A stretch of 64,000 nt of DNA from contig JAVJSW010000039.1 of NCBI GenBank assembly GCA_040219255.1, forward strand, positions 96,001-160,000. The letters run 5' to 3'. Positions 1 through 8,804 of the stretch are shown here, piece by piece (the first letter of the stretch is position 1; every line of letters starts with the position of its first letter). The notes beneath the pieces are model-generated. The model was not told the origin of the DNA. It did no database searches and saw only the letters and a program-made list of their open reading frames with translations. Origin of the DNA: Sumerlaeia bacterium. GTDB taxonomy: Bacteria; Sumerlaeota; Sumerlaeia; SLMS01; JAHLLQ01. A program made the position numbers and the translations under genes.

Positions 1-461
1 TGAGCGAAGCCAGCAAGAAAACCTACACGAAGCCCTCGGTGGCGGAAATCCGCGCCAAGCTGACCGACCTGCAATACCGCGTGACCCAGGAAAACGGCAC
101 CGAGCGCGCCTTCTCGAACGAGTACTGGGACAACAAGCGCGAGGGCATTTATGTGGATGTCGTCTCCGGTGAACCCCTCTTCAGCTCGGCCGACAAGTAC
201 AAGTCCGGCACTGGCTGGCCGAGCTTCACCCGTCCCCTCGTGGCGGAAAACGTGGTCGAAGTGCAAGACCGGTCCCACGGCATGACGCGTACCGAGGTCC
301 GCAGCAAACACGCCGACTCTCACCTGGGCCACGTCTTCGATGACGGACCCGCGCCGACCGGCTTGCGCTACTGCATGAACTCGGCGTCCATGCGGTTCAT
401 CCCGCTGGAGGAGATGGAAGAGGAGGGTTATGGCGAGTTTGTGGGGGCGGTTAAGAAGTAG
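1..461 (+). CDS. msrB: Peptide-methionine (R)-S-oxide reductase; 5' end clipped by the window edge
   Basis: Motifs [24 protein letters not shown] and RYCMNS. The frame is open back to base 1 (..tg agc gaa), so the ATG probably starts one base before the window. Confidence 0.95.
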   Translation, partial: SEASKKTYTKPSVAEIRAKLTDLQYRVTQENGTERAFSNEYWDNKREGIYVDVVSGEPLFSSADKYKSGTGWPSFTRPLVAENVVEVQDRSHGMTRTEVRSKHADSHLGHVFDDGPAPTGLRYCMNSASMRFIPLEEMEEEGYGEFVGAVKK

Positions 462-482
462 GGTTTTCCTGTTCCCTCAAGC

Positions 483-642
483 AATCACCACAGAGTCACA
501 GAGAACACCGAGATCGTTGTCTTCATGGAAGTTAGCGGGTACGAAAGGAGGGTTTGCCATATGTGGAGTCATGGCAAGGAGACACTCTATCGTCTTGCAA
601 CCTCTGTGCAAACTCTGTCCTCTGAGTGCTCTGTGGTTGAGG
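483..642. repeat. Intergenic MITE/REP-like element, copy 1 (CACAGAG family)
   Basis: Ends AATCACCACAGAGTCACAGAG and CTCTGTCCTCTGAGTGCTCTGTGGTTGAGG; very similar ends recur inverted at 16277-16402. Confidence 0.75.
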
Positions 643-667
643 GATCACGAGTGGTCCCCCGATAGGG

Positions 668-1333
668 TCAGGCGAACATCCCCAACTCCGGCAACTCGCC
701 GGTGAACACTTCGGCCTGCATCCCGGCGGCCAGGGCCGCGTCCACGTTCTTCTGCATGTCGTCGATGAAGTAATGAGAGCGGGGCGCGCAGCCGGTGGCT
801 TCGATGATGGCGTGAAAGAAACCCTCATCGTTCTTGGAATGTCCCAACTCGAACGACAAGAAGGCGCGGTCCCACCAGCGGTCGGCGATTTCCGGGTACG
901 TTTCCAGGATGTGCTCCCAGTGGGGCTGGTTGGTGCTCGAGCAAATGGCAACGAACTTGCCGCGCTCGCGGGCGCGCTTCATGGCTTCGACCACGTGGTG
1001 ATTGACCGTGGTGAAGATGTCGCTCCAGACGGGGCGCAGTTCGTCGGCGGAGATATTGACGCCGTAACGCACGTCCAGGTCGCGGGCAATATCCACGAGG
1101 TCGAGCGCCCCCCGGTCCATGAGCACGTTGCGCGTGGCGTCGCGATAGGGTTCGGCGAAAAAATACCCCGCCAGCAAAGGCAGCTCGGGCACCTGCTGGC
1201 CCGGCCGCAGGCGGCCGGGGTTTTTCTCCAGAAACGTCTCCAGATTGTGCGCCACGTGTACGTGGTCGAAATTCACGAGTACTTTGCCAAGATCGCAAAG
1301 CACCCACTCGATGGCGTCTTCGTCGATTACCAT
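668..1333 (-). CDS. HAD family phosphatase (YihX-like)
   Basis: Motif I CDLGKVL, SSTN, and motif IV FIDD..KNV. The real start is MVIDEDAI at 1333; the upstream part of the 675-aa ORF is spurious. Confidence 0.85.
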   Translation of the reverse strand: MVIDEDAIEWVLCDLGKVLVNFDHVHVAHNLETFLEKNPGRLRPGQQVPELPLLAGYFFAEPYRDATRNVLMDRGALDLVDIARDLDVRYGVNISADELRPVWSDIFTTVNHHVVEAMKRARERGKFVAICSSTNQPHWEHILETYPEIADRWWDRAFLSFELGHSKNDEGFFHAIIEATGCAPRSHYFIDDMQKNVDAALAAGMQAEVFTGELPELGMFA

Positions 1334-2295
1334 AAGAAGTGAACTCCCAGTGACGCCATGATCATCCACACAAGCAGACCGAGGAGGGCAATCAGGAGAT
1401 TCACCATATTTGAATAAGTCACGCTGCCCAGGGCCGTGTTCAGCTCGGGGGGCGTCACCTTCTGGTAGTTCTTGATCGCCACCGTGATTTCCGGCAGCGA
1501 CGTGATCAGCGAGCCCAGGAACCAGTGGAGCCAAGTGAACACCGCCAGACCGAACAGCCCGGTCAGTTTCTGATCGTAGATGTCCGACCAGGCAAGGAAC
1601 AGCGCGTTCATCACATAGGTGGACGCGATAACGCCCGCCGTTCCAACGAAGAACAGGGTCCAGCTCTCGTTGTGGTGCTCGGCGTCGATGTCGTCCAGCA
1701 ACTCGGGCCGATGGGTCTTCAGCCAGCGATCGAAAACCAGGAAAATACCCACCCCCGCCAGCAGCAGCGCCATCGTCAGCACCAGCGCCAGATCGAACGC
1801 CGGTTCCTGACCGTCGCCCATCAGGACCCGCAGCGCGGCGAAACCGAGCAGGAAAATCAGGAAGGAGACGACGAAGTGGTAAGCGGCCAGACGCCGTTCT
1901 TTCTTCAAGAGCTTCCACAGAGCGGCGGCCTTCTCGCGCTGGCCCGTGAACCAGAATTTCGCGAAGACGTAAATCAGCGCCACGCCGTACATCAGGTAGA
2001 TGTTCGCGAAGAGCGACCCGAGCGGATTGGCCCATCCGCCCATGCGCCGCATGGCGAAGCTGACCAGCATCGAGGCGGCCTCCGGATTGTTGGTGCTGGC
2101 GTTGATGATCAGCGTCCGCGACCGGCGGCCCAGGTGCTTGCCCGCCAGGCCCGCGGCGCTGTTGACCATCACGTCCGTGAACTTGGGAATGGCGATGAAG
2201 GCCAAAACCAGAGAGAGAACGGTGGACAGCGTGAGGAACCCGGCGTTGCCCCAGGCGCCATGCAAATCGATCAGGAATTGCGTCAAATCGAACAA
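1327..2295 (-). CDS. Cation/Ca2+ exchanger (Na_Ca_ex-like) membrane protein
   Basis: Many TM segments; alpha-repeat motifs STNNPE and ITSLPE..ALGSVTYSNMVN. Confidence 0.7.
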   Translation of the reverse strand: MFDLTQFLIDLHGAWGNAGFLTLSTVLSLVLAFIAIPKFTDVMVNSAAGLAGKHLGRRSRTLIINASTNNPEAASMLVSFAMRRMGGWANPLGSLFANIYLMYGVALIYVFAKFWFTGQREKAAALWKLLKKERRLAAYHFVVSFLIFLLGFAALRVLMGDGQEPAFDLALVLTMALLLAGVGIFLVFDRWLKTHRPELLDDIDAEHHNESWTLFFVGTAGVIASTYVMNALFLAWSDIYDQKLTGLFGLAVFTWLHWFLGSLITSLPEITVAIKNYQKVTPPELNTALGSVTYSNMVNLLIALLGLLVWMIMASLGVHFLW

Positions 2296-2521
2296 GAGTA
2301 GGACACCAGGTCAAAGGATGATGCCCGCCGTAACGGCGCGGCCGTGGCTCCGCCCGCAAAAGGCTCGCCAAGCCGTACTGGCAGCCCCGGGGCGGCGCAA
2401 TGCGAACAGGACGCGCCGAGGCCGCTCTCTTCGGTTGCCGGGCAGCCCCGCCCGCCCTACACTTCCAGGGCTGAAGCGGCCTGTGGCCGCACTTCGGACC
2501 CGGAGAACCTTTCCACCGCCC

Positions 2522-3343
2522 ATGCCCCCCGTTTCCTACAGCGACATCAAGAAGGGCCGCCGCCGCGAGTGGGACCCCCTTCTGCCGCCCGACGAGCGCC
2601 GCCGCCGCGAGGACGAAGCCCGCGCCGCCAAGCAGGAAGCCACCGCCAAGTACAAGTCCTTCCTGAAACGCCGGCAGGAAAACCTGGAGAAGCAACGCCA
2701 GGACGACGAGGTCAAGTTCCGTCAGGTGATGCGCCAGGTCACCATCGCCGGCGTGATCCTTGGCGCGTTGCTCCTGCTCTACGGGGGGTACAGCGCCTAC
2801 CGCTCGATCCAGGCCGAGCGCGCCCGCAGCGGCAAACTCGTGGAGTACTCGCGCCAGATGGACTCCGGGTTCGAGTTCTCTTCCCTCGACGACCCCATCG
2901 AAGCCTGGGCCTCCTGGCGCAGCGCCTGGCTCAAGAAAAACGCCCAGGGCCTCTTCGACACCTACGGCCCCGATCTGCGCCGCCAGGTCCTCGACTCCAC
3001 CGGCTCAAACGAATACGTCCGCTATCAGCAGCAGCGCTTCCGCACCGGGCTGCTCGACACCGACATCAGCCTGGCTCGCGGGTTCGATTCGCCCAAATAC
3101 CTGCACCAGCCCACCCGCCCCTACAGCGATGGCGAACTGGCCGTGTTCGTCAGCCGGCCCATCAGCCGCGCCGAAACCCGCGAGAAACCCCGCCCCTGGA
3201 TCGCCGCCTTCGTCTATCAAGACGCCGACGATACCTGGCGCTTTCAGGAAGTCCGGCCCCTGTCGCAATGGCGCGAGTCCTGGGACCACGCGAACCAGGT
3301 CGCCCCCCAGGCCATCAGCCTGGAAAAGCTGCGCGGCGGCTGA
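2522..3343 (+). CDS. Hypothetical single-pass membrane protein
   Basis: Strong GC3 bias; charged N-terminus, one TM segment (IAGVILGALLLLYGGY) and a soluble C-terminal domain. Confidence 0.75.
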   Translation: MPPVSYSDIKKGRRREWDPLLPPDERRRREDEARAAKQEATAKYKSFLKRRQENLEKQRQDDEVKFRQVMRQVTIAGVILGALLLLYGGYSAYRSIQAERARSGKLVEYSRQMDSGFEFSSLDDPIEAWASWRSAWLKKNAQGLFDTYGPDLRRQVLDSTGSNEYVRYQQQRFRTGLLDTDISLARGFDSPKYLHQPTRPYSDGELAVFVSRPISRAETREKPRPWIAAFVYQDADDTWRFQEVRPLSQWRESWDHANQVAPQAISLEKLRGG

Positions 3344-3350
3344 TCGACCC

Positions 3351-3557
3351 ATGGAACTGGAAGCGGACTACTCCTGCGCCTATTGCGGCGAAACCATCGC
3401 CACCCGCGTCGATGCCTCCGCCGGCCGCCATCAATCCTACACGGAAGACTGCCAGGTCTGTTGCCGCCCCAACCTGCTCCGCATCGAAATCTGGGACGAT
3501 GGTTCGGGCGATTTGCAGGCCCGCGTGGATGCGGAGCCGGAGTCCGATTGGGAATGA
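3351..3557 (+). CDS. CPXCG-motif cysteine-rich small protein
   Basis: CAYCGE ... YTEDCQVCCRPN signature. Confidence 0.85.
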   Translation: MELEADYSCAYCGETIATRVDASAGRHQSYTEDCQVCCRPNLLRIEIWDDGSGDLQARVDAEPESDWE

Positions 3558-3609
3558 GGCCCCGCCGCGGAACGGAGGGCGCGGCCGGAACGCGGCTCCC
3601 GCTGGGCTT

Positions 3610-4293
3610 TCAGATCCGGTACTTCTGCACGTTCACATGATGGAGGGCGTTCTCCAGGCGCTTGACGAACTCTTCCTTTTTCAGATTTCCCCACGCCGGC
3701 AGCGATGCCCGGAAGGCGAAAAAGAATCCGATCGTCACGATCGTCACGATGAAAATCGGGTTCATCGCCCGCGCCAGGACCAGCAAGGCCGCAACGATCC
3801 CCAGCGCCACCAGAGACCCCAGCGCCACCACCAGCGAACGGCGCGTCTGCAGGCTCGATTTCGCCTCCACGACGCTCATGTCCAGGTCCTGGAGCAGGCG
3901 GGCGGTGGCTTCGGACCGCAGCACTTCCTCCGCGTCCGCCTTCTGGGCCCAGCCGCGCAACGCCGCCGCCGGGTCCAGCAGGCGCCCCCGCGGTTCGTCG
4001 TCCCCCATCCATTCCCCTGGCAAACGATAACCCGTTTCCGGTGAATACTTCACCTTGGGGAAATCGTTGTCCTCGTACACGTCCAGAGCCGATTGCGCCA
4101 GCCGTGCGGAGAGCGCCTGGCAGAGCGTCAGGAACTCCTTCTGCGTGTCCATGTCCTGGCCCCGCATGGCAATGACGCGGACCGATTCGTCCTCCGCCTC
4201 TTGCGCCAGGCGTTGCCGCTCGTCCTTTTGCTCGCCGGCAAGAAGGTCGGCGAAATTGTGCCAGAGGCTGCGGCGTGATCGGGATCGTGTCAT
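3610..4293 (-). CDS. Hypothetical protein with two C-terminal TM helices
   Basis: Coding-like codon bias; hydrophobic hairpin near the C-terminus. Confidence 0.7.
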   Translation of the reverse strand: MTRSRSRRSLWHNFADLLAGEQKDERQRLAQEAEDESVRVIAMRGQDMDTQKEFLTLCQALSARLAQSALDVYEDNDFPKVKYSPETGYRLPGEWMGDDEPRGRLLDPAAALRGWAQKADAEEVLRSEATARLLQDLDMSVVEAKSSLQTRRSLVVALGSLVALGIVAALLVLARAMNPIFIVTIVTIGFFFAFRASLPAWGNLKKEEFVKRLENALHHVNVQKYRI

Positions 4294-4380
4294 GGAACGA
4301 AATCCTCTCCCATGGGGGTGCTGTCGAACGTATCGCGCGGGACGTGCCGATATTCAAAGCCCGTGGCGCTTTTCGCCGGA

Positions 4381-5136
4381 CTAGACGTAGGACCGGCGCT
4401 GTTCCTTGAGCACGAAAGGATGCCGACGGCGTTCGAAGAGATTGAGAATGGCCTCCGTTCCCCGGCGCAGTTTCAGGTTCGTCTCGCGATCCGTGAGGAA
4501 CGTCACCCAATACGGATTCACGGGATCGCCCTTGATAGTGAGACGCTCGCGCAGGCCTTGATCCTCTTCGACGATCGGCGGCAGCAGCAGAGCCGTCGTC
4601 AGCTTCGACTTCTCGAAAAAGGGTTTGGGCGGGTCGCCGTTTGGGACGGTATGGCCGGGGCCAAGCCAGGTCTGGAATTCGTGAGGCATGCGAGCGAGGA
4701 ACCGAAGCAACTGCGCATATTCCGGCTTATTTTCATTCGCATAGAGCAAAAGCTCCGACCGTCGCAATTCTCCGGGCTCGTCCAGTTCGTCGGGAATGGT
4801 CATGGGAACGTCGCTCATGCCGCCGGTGATCAGCGTGTAGAAGGGCCGCTGCTCGGTCGGTTCGAAGATGTAGACGTCCAGGTGGGGCACCATGGGGATT
4901 AGTTCGTGATTGACGTTGAAATCCTCGCCGAAGAGTTCGGCATAGACGGCCTCCCGCTGCTCGATATGGGGAAGGGTGTCCTCCTCGGAAAAGCCGAAGA
5001 GGCTCCTGGCCTGGGTTTCGGTGTGGCGATAGATGCGCGATCCGCCGGGGGTTACGTTTCCGCCGGGGGGGTTGGCGCTGGCGCCGGGAACCGGCTCGTG
5101 CTGGCGTCTGCGGCGAAACAATTCGCGAAGTCCCAT
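4381..5136 (-). CDS. Suppressor-of-fused (SUFU) domain protein
   Basis: HLDVYIF, TLITGGMSD.PM, ELLLY and WLGPGHT motifs. Confidence 0.85.
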   Translation of the reverse strand: MGLRELFRRRRQHEPVPGASANPPGGNVTPGGSRIYRHTETQARSLFGFSEEDTLPHIEQREAVYAELFGEDFNVNHELIPMVPHLDVYIFEPTEQRPFYTLITGGMSDVPMTIPDELDEPGELRRSELLLYANENKPEYAQLLRFLARMPHEFQTWLGPGHTVPNGDPPKPFFEKSKLTTALLLPPIVEEDQGLRERLTIKGDPVNPYWVTFLTDRETNLKLRRGTEAILNLFERRRHPFVLKEQRRSYV

Positions 5137-5166
5137 CGGCGCGGTCCTCGATCGGAAGGGGGAATC

Positions 5167-5871
5167 TCAGTTGGCAGGGTCGTTCGCCGCCGCCCACGCC
5201 GCAAGGTCATAGTGGCAGAGGCGGAAGGGGGCGCTGACCTTGAGGGGTTCCTGTGGGTAATCGTTGGCTAGGGTCTGCAGCGCCAGGACGCGCGGGCCGT
5301 CGCCGCCCCGGGCACGCAATTGCTTTTCGATCAGCAGGATACGCTCGCGATGCTTCAGGCCGAGGACGCCGGGCTTTTCGTTTCCCCAGGCCGCGACGAT
5401 CAGGTCGCGGGAACCGGCCCGTTGAAAGACCTCGCCGGTGATGCGGTCGTTTTCCGGTCCCACCGGGTCCTCCGCGTCGAGCAGTTCGCTGGGGTATTCA
5501 CAGCGCCAGGCGAAGAGGTTCAGAATCGCGAAGCCGCCGCATTTCGTTCCGGCCGAGAGGGCCACGTCGTGGCAGCGTTCGATGCTGGCGTCGCCACGGA
5601 TTTCGTCGGCCCGGCCGGGGTGCAGGAGCACGAAAATCACCTTGGGCCGCGTGTCGTCCCATACGCGCCACAGCAGATAGCGGTAGCGCGCCTTGGGACC
5701 GTAGATCGCGCCGAGGGCGTGGCCGGCGGTGCGGTAATCGGCCTGCTCGGCTTTGTGGCCGATTTCGAGAAAGCGTCCGATAAGCGGCGGGGAGGGTTCA
5801 CCCTGAGCCCTGTCGAGCAGTTCCCGGGGCACTTCGAAGTGTTCTTGAGTGATGGTGGAATCGTCTTCCAG
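5167..5871 (-). CDS. DUF1643 domain protein (probable CTG start)
   Basis: RYRYLLWRVWD, NLFAWR, DPVGPEND and AAWG motifs; AGGAGGAGAGG precedes an in-frame CTG at 5871. Confidence 0.75.
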   Translation of the reverse strand: MEDDSTITQEHFEVPRELLDRAQGEPSPPLIGRFLEIGHKAEQADYRTAGHALGAIYGPKARYRYLLWRVWDDTRPKVIFVLLHPGRADEIRGDASIERCHDVALSAGTKCGGFAILNLFAWRCEYPSELLDAEDPVGPENDRITGEVFQRAGSRDLIVAAWGNEKPGVLGLKHRERILLIEKQLRARGGDGPRVLALQTLANDYPQEPLKVSAPFRLCHYDLAAWAAANDPAN

Positions 5872-5993
5872 GTGTCCTCTCCTCCTGCGAGGCCTTCGTA
5901 TCGGGCGGTCCGGAGAAATTCCCGGCTTAAATATGAATGGCTCTCGTTGCCCGCCATGGAGCCGCGAGAGCCATACCAAGCGCGAGGCTTTTC

Positions 5994-8606
5994 TTATTCG
6001 TCCTCGTCGTCCTCCGCCGGCAGCGACGGGTCGGCCTCTCCGAGGAGATCGATCTGGCCTTCCAGATCCTCGTCTTCGATGTCTTCCTTCTCGCCGTCGC
6101 TTTCCACGCGGCTGACGGCCGTGATGCGGTCGTCGTCGGGCAGGTTGAAGAAGCGAACGCCCTGAGTGGCGCGGCCGATGACGCGGCAATCGGTGGCGCG
6201 GAAGCGGATCGTCTGACCGCCTTCGGTGATGATGATCAGCTCGTCGTCGCCCATGACTTCGTTGATGCCGACCACGTCGCCGTTGCGGCTGCTGACGCGG
6301 ATGTTGATGACGCCCTTGCCGCCGCGTTTGATGAGGCGGTACTCGTCCACGTTGGAGCGCTTGCCGAAGCCCTTCTCGCAGGTCGTCAGGATCGTCGAGC
6401 CGGGGCGGATCACCTCGGCGCCCACCACCACGTCGTCGGCGGCCAGGTTGATGCCCGCCACGCCTTGGGTGAAGCGGCCCGCCGCGCGCACGTCCGTTTC
6501 CTGGAAGCGGATCGCCATGCCTTTGCGCGTGCCGATGAAGATGTCCTGATCGCCGTTGGTGATCTTCACCGTCACCAGTTTGTCGTCGTCGCCGACGTTG
6601 ATGGCCTTGATGCCGACCTTACGGGGGTTGTTGTAGAGCGAGAGGGCGTTGCGCTGGATGCGGCCCTTCTTGGTCACGAAGACCAGGAACTGCGAGTCGT
6701 CGAACTTGCTGACGGGGACGACGGCTTCGACCTTCTCGCCCTTTTCCAGGCCTTCGAGCAGGTTGACGATGGGCCGGCCTTTGCTGGCGCGGCCGCCTTC
6801 CGGCAGCTCGTACACCTTCAGCCAGTAGGCTTTACCGAAGTTCGTGAAGAACATCAGGTAATCGTGCGTCGTGCCGACGAAAATCAGCTCGACCCAGTCT
6901 TCGTCCTTCGTTTCGGCGCCGATGACGCCCTTTCCGCCGCGTTTCTGGCGGCGGTAGAGGTCCGTGTCGGTGCGCTTGATGTAGCCCTGGTGGCTGATGG
7001 TGATGACCATGCGCTGCTCGGCGATCAGGTCTTCGATGGTCATTTCGCCTTCGTGGGCCAGAAGCTGGGTGCGGCGCGCATCGCCGAACTTGTTCTTCAT
7101 CGCCAGCAGGTCGTTCTTGATGACTTCGTATTGCTTCACTTCGCTGCCCAGGATTTCCAGCAGGCTTTCGATCAGCTCGTTGAGCTTCTTCCACTCGTCC
7201 TCGAGCTTGCCCACTTCCAGCGCGGTCAAGGTCCGCAGGCGCATTTCCAGGATCGCGTCGGCCTGACGCTTGGACATCGCCGTGTACTTCTCGCGGATGA
7301 CGGAGATCACTTCGGGGTTGGCGCTGGTGATTTTGTTCTTCTTCAGCTTGACCATGAGGCCGCTGCTCATCAACGCCTCGCGGGCGGCGTCGGTGTCCGC
7401 CGACTCGCGGATGATGCGCACGATTTCATCGATGTCCGACAGCGCCAGCACGAGGCCCTCGACGATGTGGAGGCGCTCCTGGGCTTTGTTCAGATCGTAG
7501 CGCGTCCCGCGTACCAGCACCTCTTTGCGGTGCGCGACGTAGAGGTGCAGCATGCGCTCCAGGCTGAGGTAGCGCGGCTGGTTGTTGACGATGGAGAGCA
7601 GGATGATGCCGAAGCTCGTCTGGAGCTGCGTGCGTTTGTAGAGGTTGTTGATGACGACTTCCGGGTTTTCGCCGCGTCGCAGTTCGATGACGACGCGCAT
7701 GCCTTCGCGGTCGCTCTCGTCGCGCACTTCGGTGATGCCCAGGATTTTCTTGTCGCGCACCTGATGCACGATGTCCACGACCAGGCGCGACTTGTTCACC
7801 TGGAAGGGGATTTCCGTGATGATGATGGCCTCTTTGTTGCCCTTCAGCTCCTCCTTGTGGAGCTTGGCGCGCATCATGAACTTGCCGCGGCCGGTGCGAT
7901 AGGCGTCCTTGATGCCCTTGTTGCCCATGATGAAGCCGCCGGTCGGCAGGTCCGGCCCGGGCAGCTTCTCCATCAGCTCCTCGACCGTCAGGCGCCGGTC
8001 GCGGTTGTCGATCATGAGGACCAAGGCGTCCACGATTTCGCTCAGGTTGTGGGGCGGGATCTTCGTCGCCATGCCGACGGCGATGCCGTCGGAGCCGTTC
8101 ATCAGGAGTTGCGGCACGGCGCTCGGCAGCGAGATGGGCTCGAGTTCCTTGCCGTCGTAGTTGGGCTGGAAATCGACGGTGTTTTTCTCGATGTCGATGA
8201 GCATCGCTTCGCCGATGGGCAGGAGGCGCGCTTCCGTGTAACGCATGGCGGCGGCTTTGTCGCCATCGACGGAGCCGAAGTTGCCCTGGCCATCGACCAG
8301 CGGATAGCGCAGGTTCCAGGGCTGGGCCATGCGGGCCAAGGTGTCGTAGATCGCCGAGTCGCCGTGCGGGTGGTATTTACCCATCACTTCACCGACGATT
8401 TTGGCGGACTTGTTGTGGGCGCGATTGCTGCGGTAACCGCCGGTGTACATGGCGTAGAGAATGCGCCGGTGCACCGGTTTCATGCCGTCGCGCACATCGG
8501 GCAAGGCCCGCCCCACGATGACCGACATCGCGTAATCCAGGTACGACGTCCGCATCTCCTCTTCGATACCGAGATTGGTGATGGATTCTCTGCTGCTATC
8601 CTGCAT
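5994..8606 (-). CDS. gyrA: DNA gyrase subunit A
   Basis: YLDYAMSVIVGRALPD, YHPHGDSAIY, catalytic AAMRYTE, GyrA-box QKRGGKG and an acidic tail. Confidence 0.97.
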   Translation of the reverse strand: MQDSSRESITNLGIEEEMRTSYLDYAMSVIVGRALPDVRDGMKPVHRRILYAMYTGGYRSNRAHNKSAKIVGEVMGKYHPHGDSAIYDTLARMAQPWNLRYPLVDGQGNFGSVDGDKAAAMRYTEARLLPIGEAMLIDIEKNTVDFQPNYDGKELEPISLPSAVPQLLMNGSDGIAVGMATKIPPHNLSEIVDALVLMIDNRDRRLTVEELMEKLPGPDLPTGGFIMGNKGIKDAYRTGRGKFMMRAKLHKEELKGNKEAIIITEIPFQVNKSRLVVDIVHQVRDKKILGITEVRDESDREGMRVVIELRRGENPEVVINNLYKRTQLQTSFGIILLSIVNNQPRYLSLERMLHLYVAHRKEVLVRGTRYDLNKAQERLHIVEGLVLALSDIDEIVRIIRESADTDAAREALMSSGLMVKLKKNKITSANPEVISVIREKYTAMSKRQADAILEMRLRTLTALEVGKLEDEWKKLNELIESLLEILGSEVKQYEVIKNDLLAMKNKFGDARRTQLLAHEGEMTIEDLIAEQRMVITISHQGYIKRTDTDLYRRQKRGGKGVIGAETKDEDWVELIFVGTTHDYLMFFTNFGKAYWLKVYELPEGGRASKGRPIVNLLEGLEKGEKVEAVVPVSKFDDSQFLVFVTKKGRIQRNALSLYNNPRKVGIKAINVGDDDKLVTVKITNGDQDIFIGTRKGMAIRFQETDVRAAGRFTQGVAGINLAADDVVVGAEVIRPGSTILTTCEKGFGKRSNVDEYRLIKRGGKGVINIRVSSRNGDVVGINEVMGDDELIIITEGGQTIRFRATDCRVIGRATQGVRFFNLPDDDRITAVSRVESDGEKEDIEDEDLEGQIDLLGEADPSLPAEDDEDE

Positions 8607-8753
8607 CCGGGGGCGTGCTCCTCGATGATTGGCGAAACGGAAAAAGAGACCAGACCGTTGCCCTGCGTAGGTTGCCGGAATCGGCGCAAAGCCCGAGGGT
8701 CCGGGCACAACTCCGCAAGAGGGATGAGCTTAGGCACCCGGGATGGCAGAAGC

Positions 8754-8785
8754 AAGCCCGGAAATGCGTTTTTCTCGGGCTTTTT
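8754..8785. terminator. Possible hairpin between copA and gyrA
   Basis: AAGCCCG...CGGGCTT inverted repeat with a T run on the + strand. Confidence 0.3.
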
Positions 8786-8804
8786 CGCTTTTAATTCTCT
8801 ACCC

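Noticed and set aside
1334-2695. N-terminal extension of the 675-aa ORF as a HAD fusion
   Set aside because: It overlaps the exchanger gene in another frame and is Arg/Gly-rich noise.
8340-8380. Quinolone-resistance substitution in GyrA
   Set aside because: The QRDR reads HGDSAIYD, the common wild-type Ser/Asp pattern.
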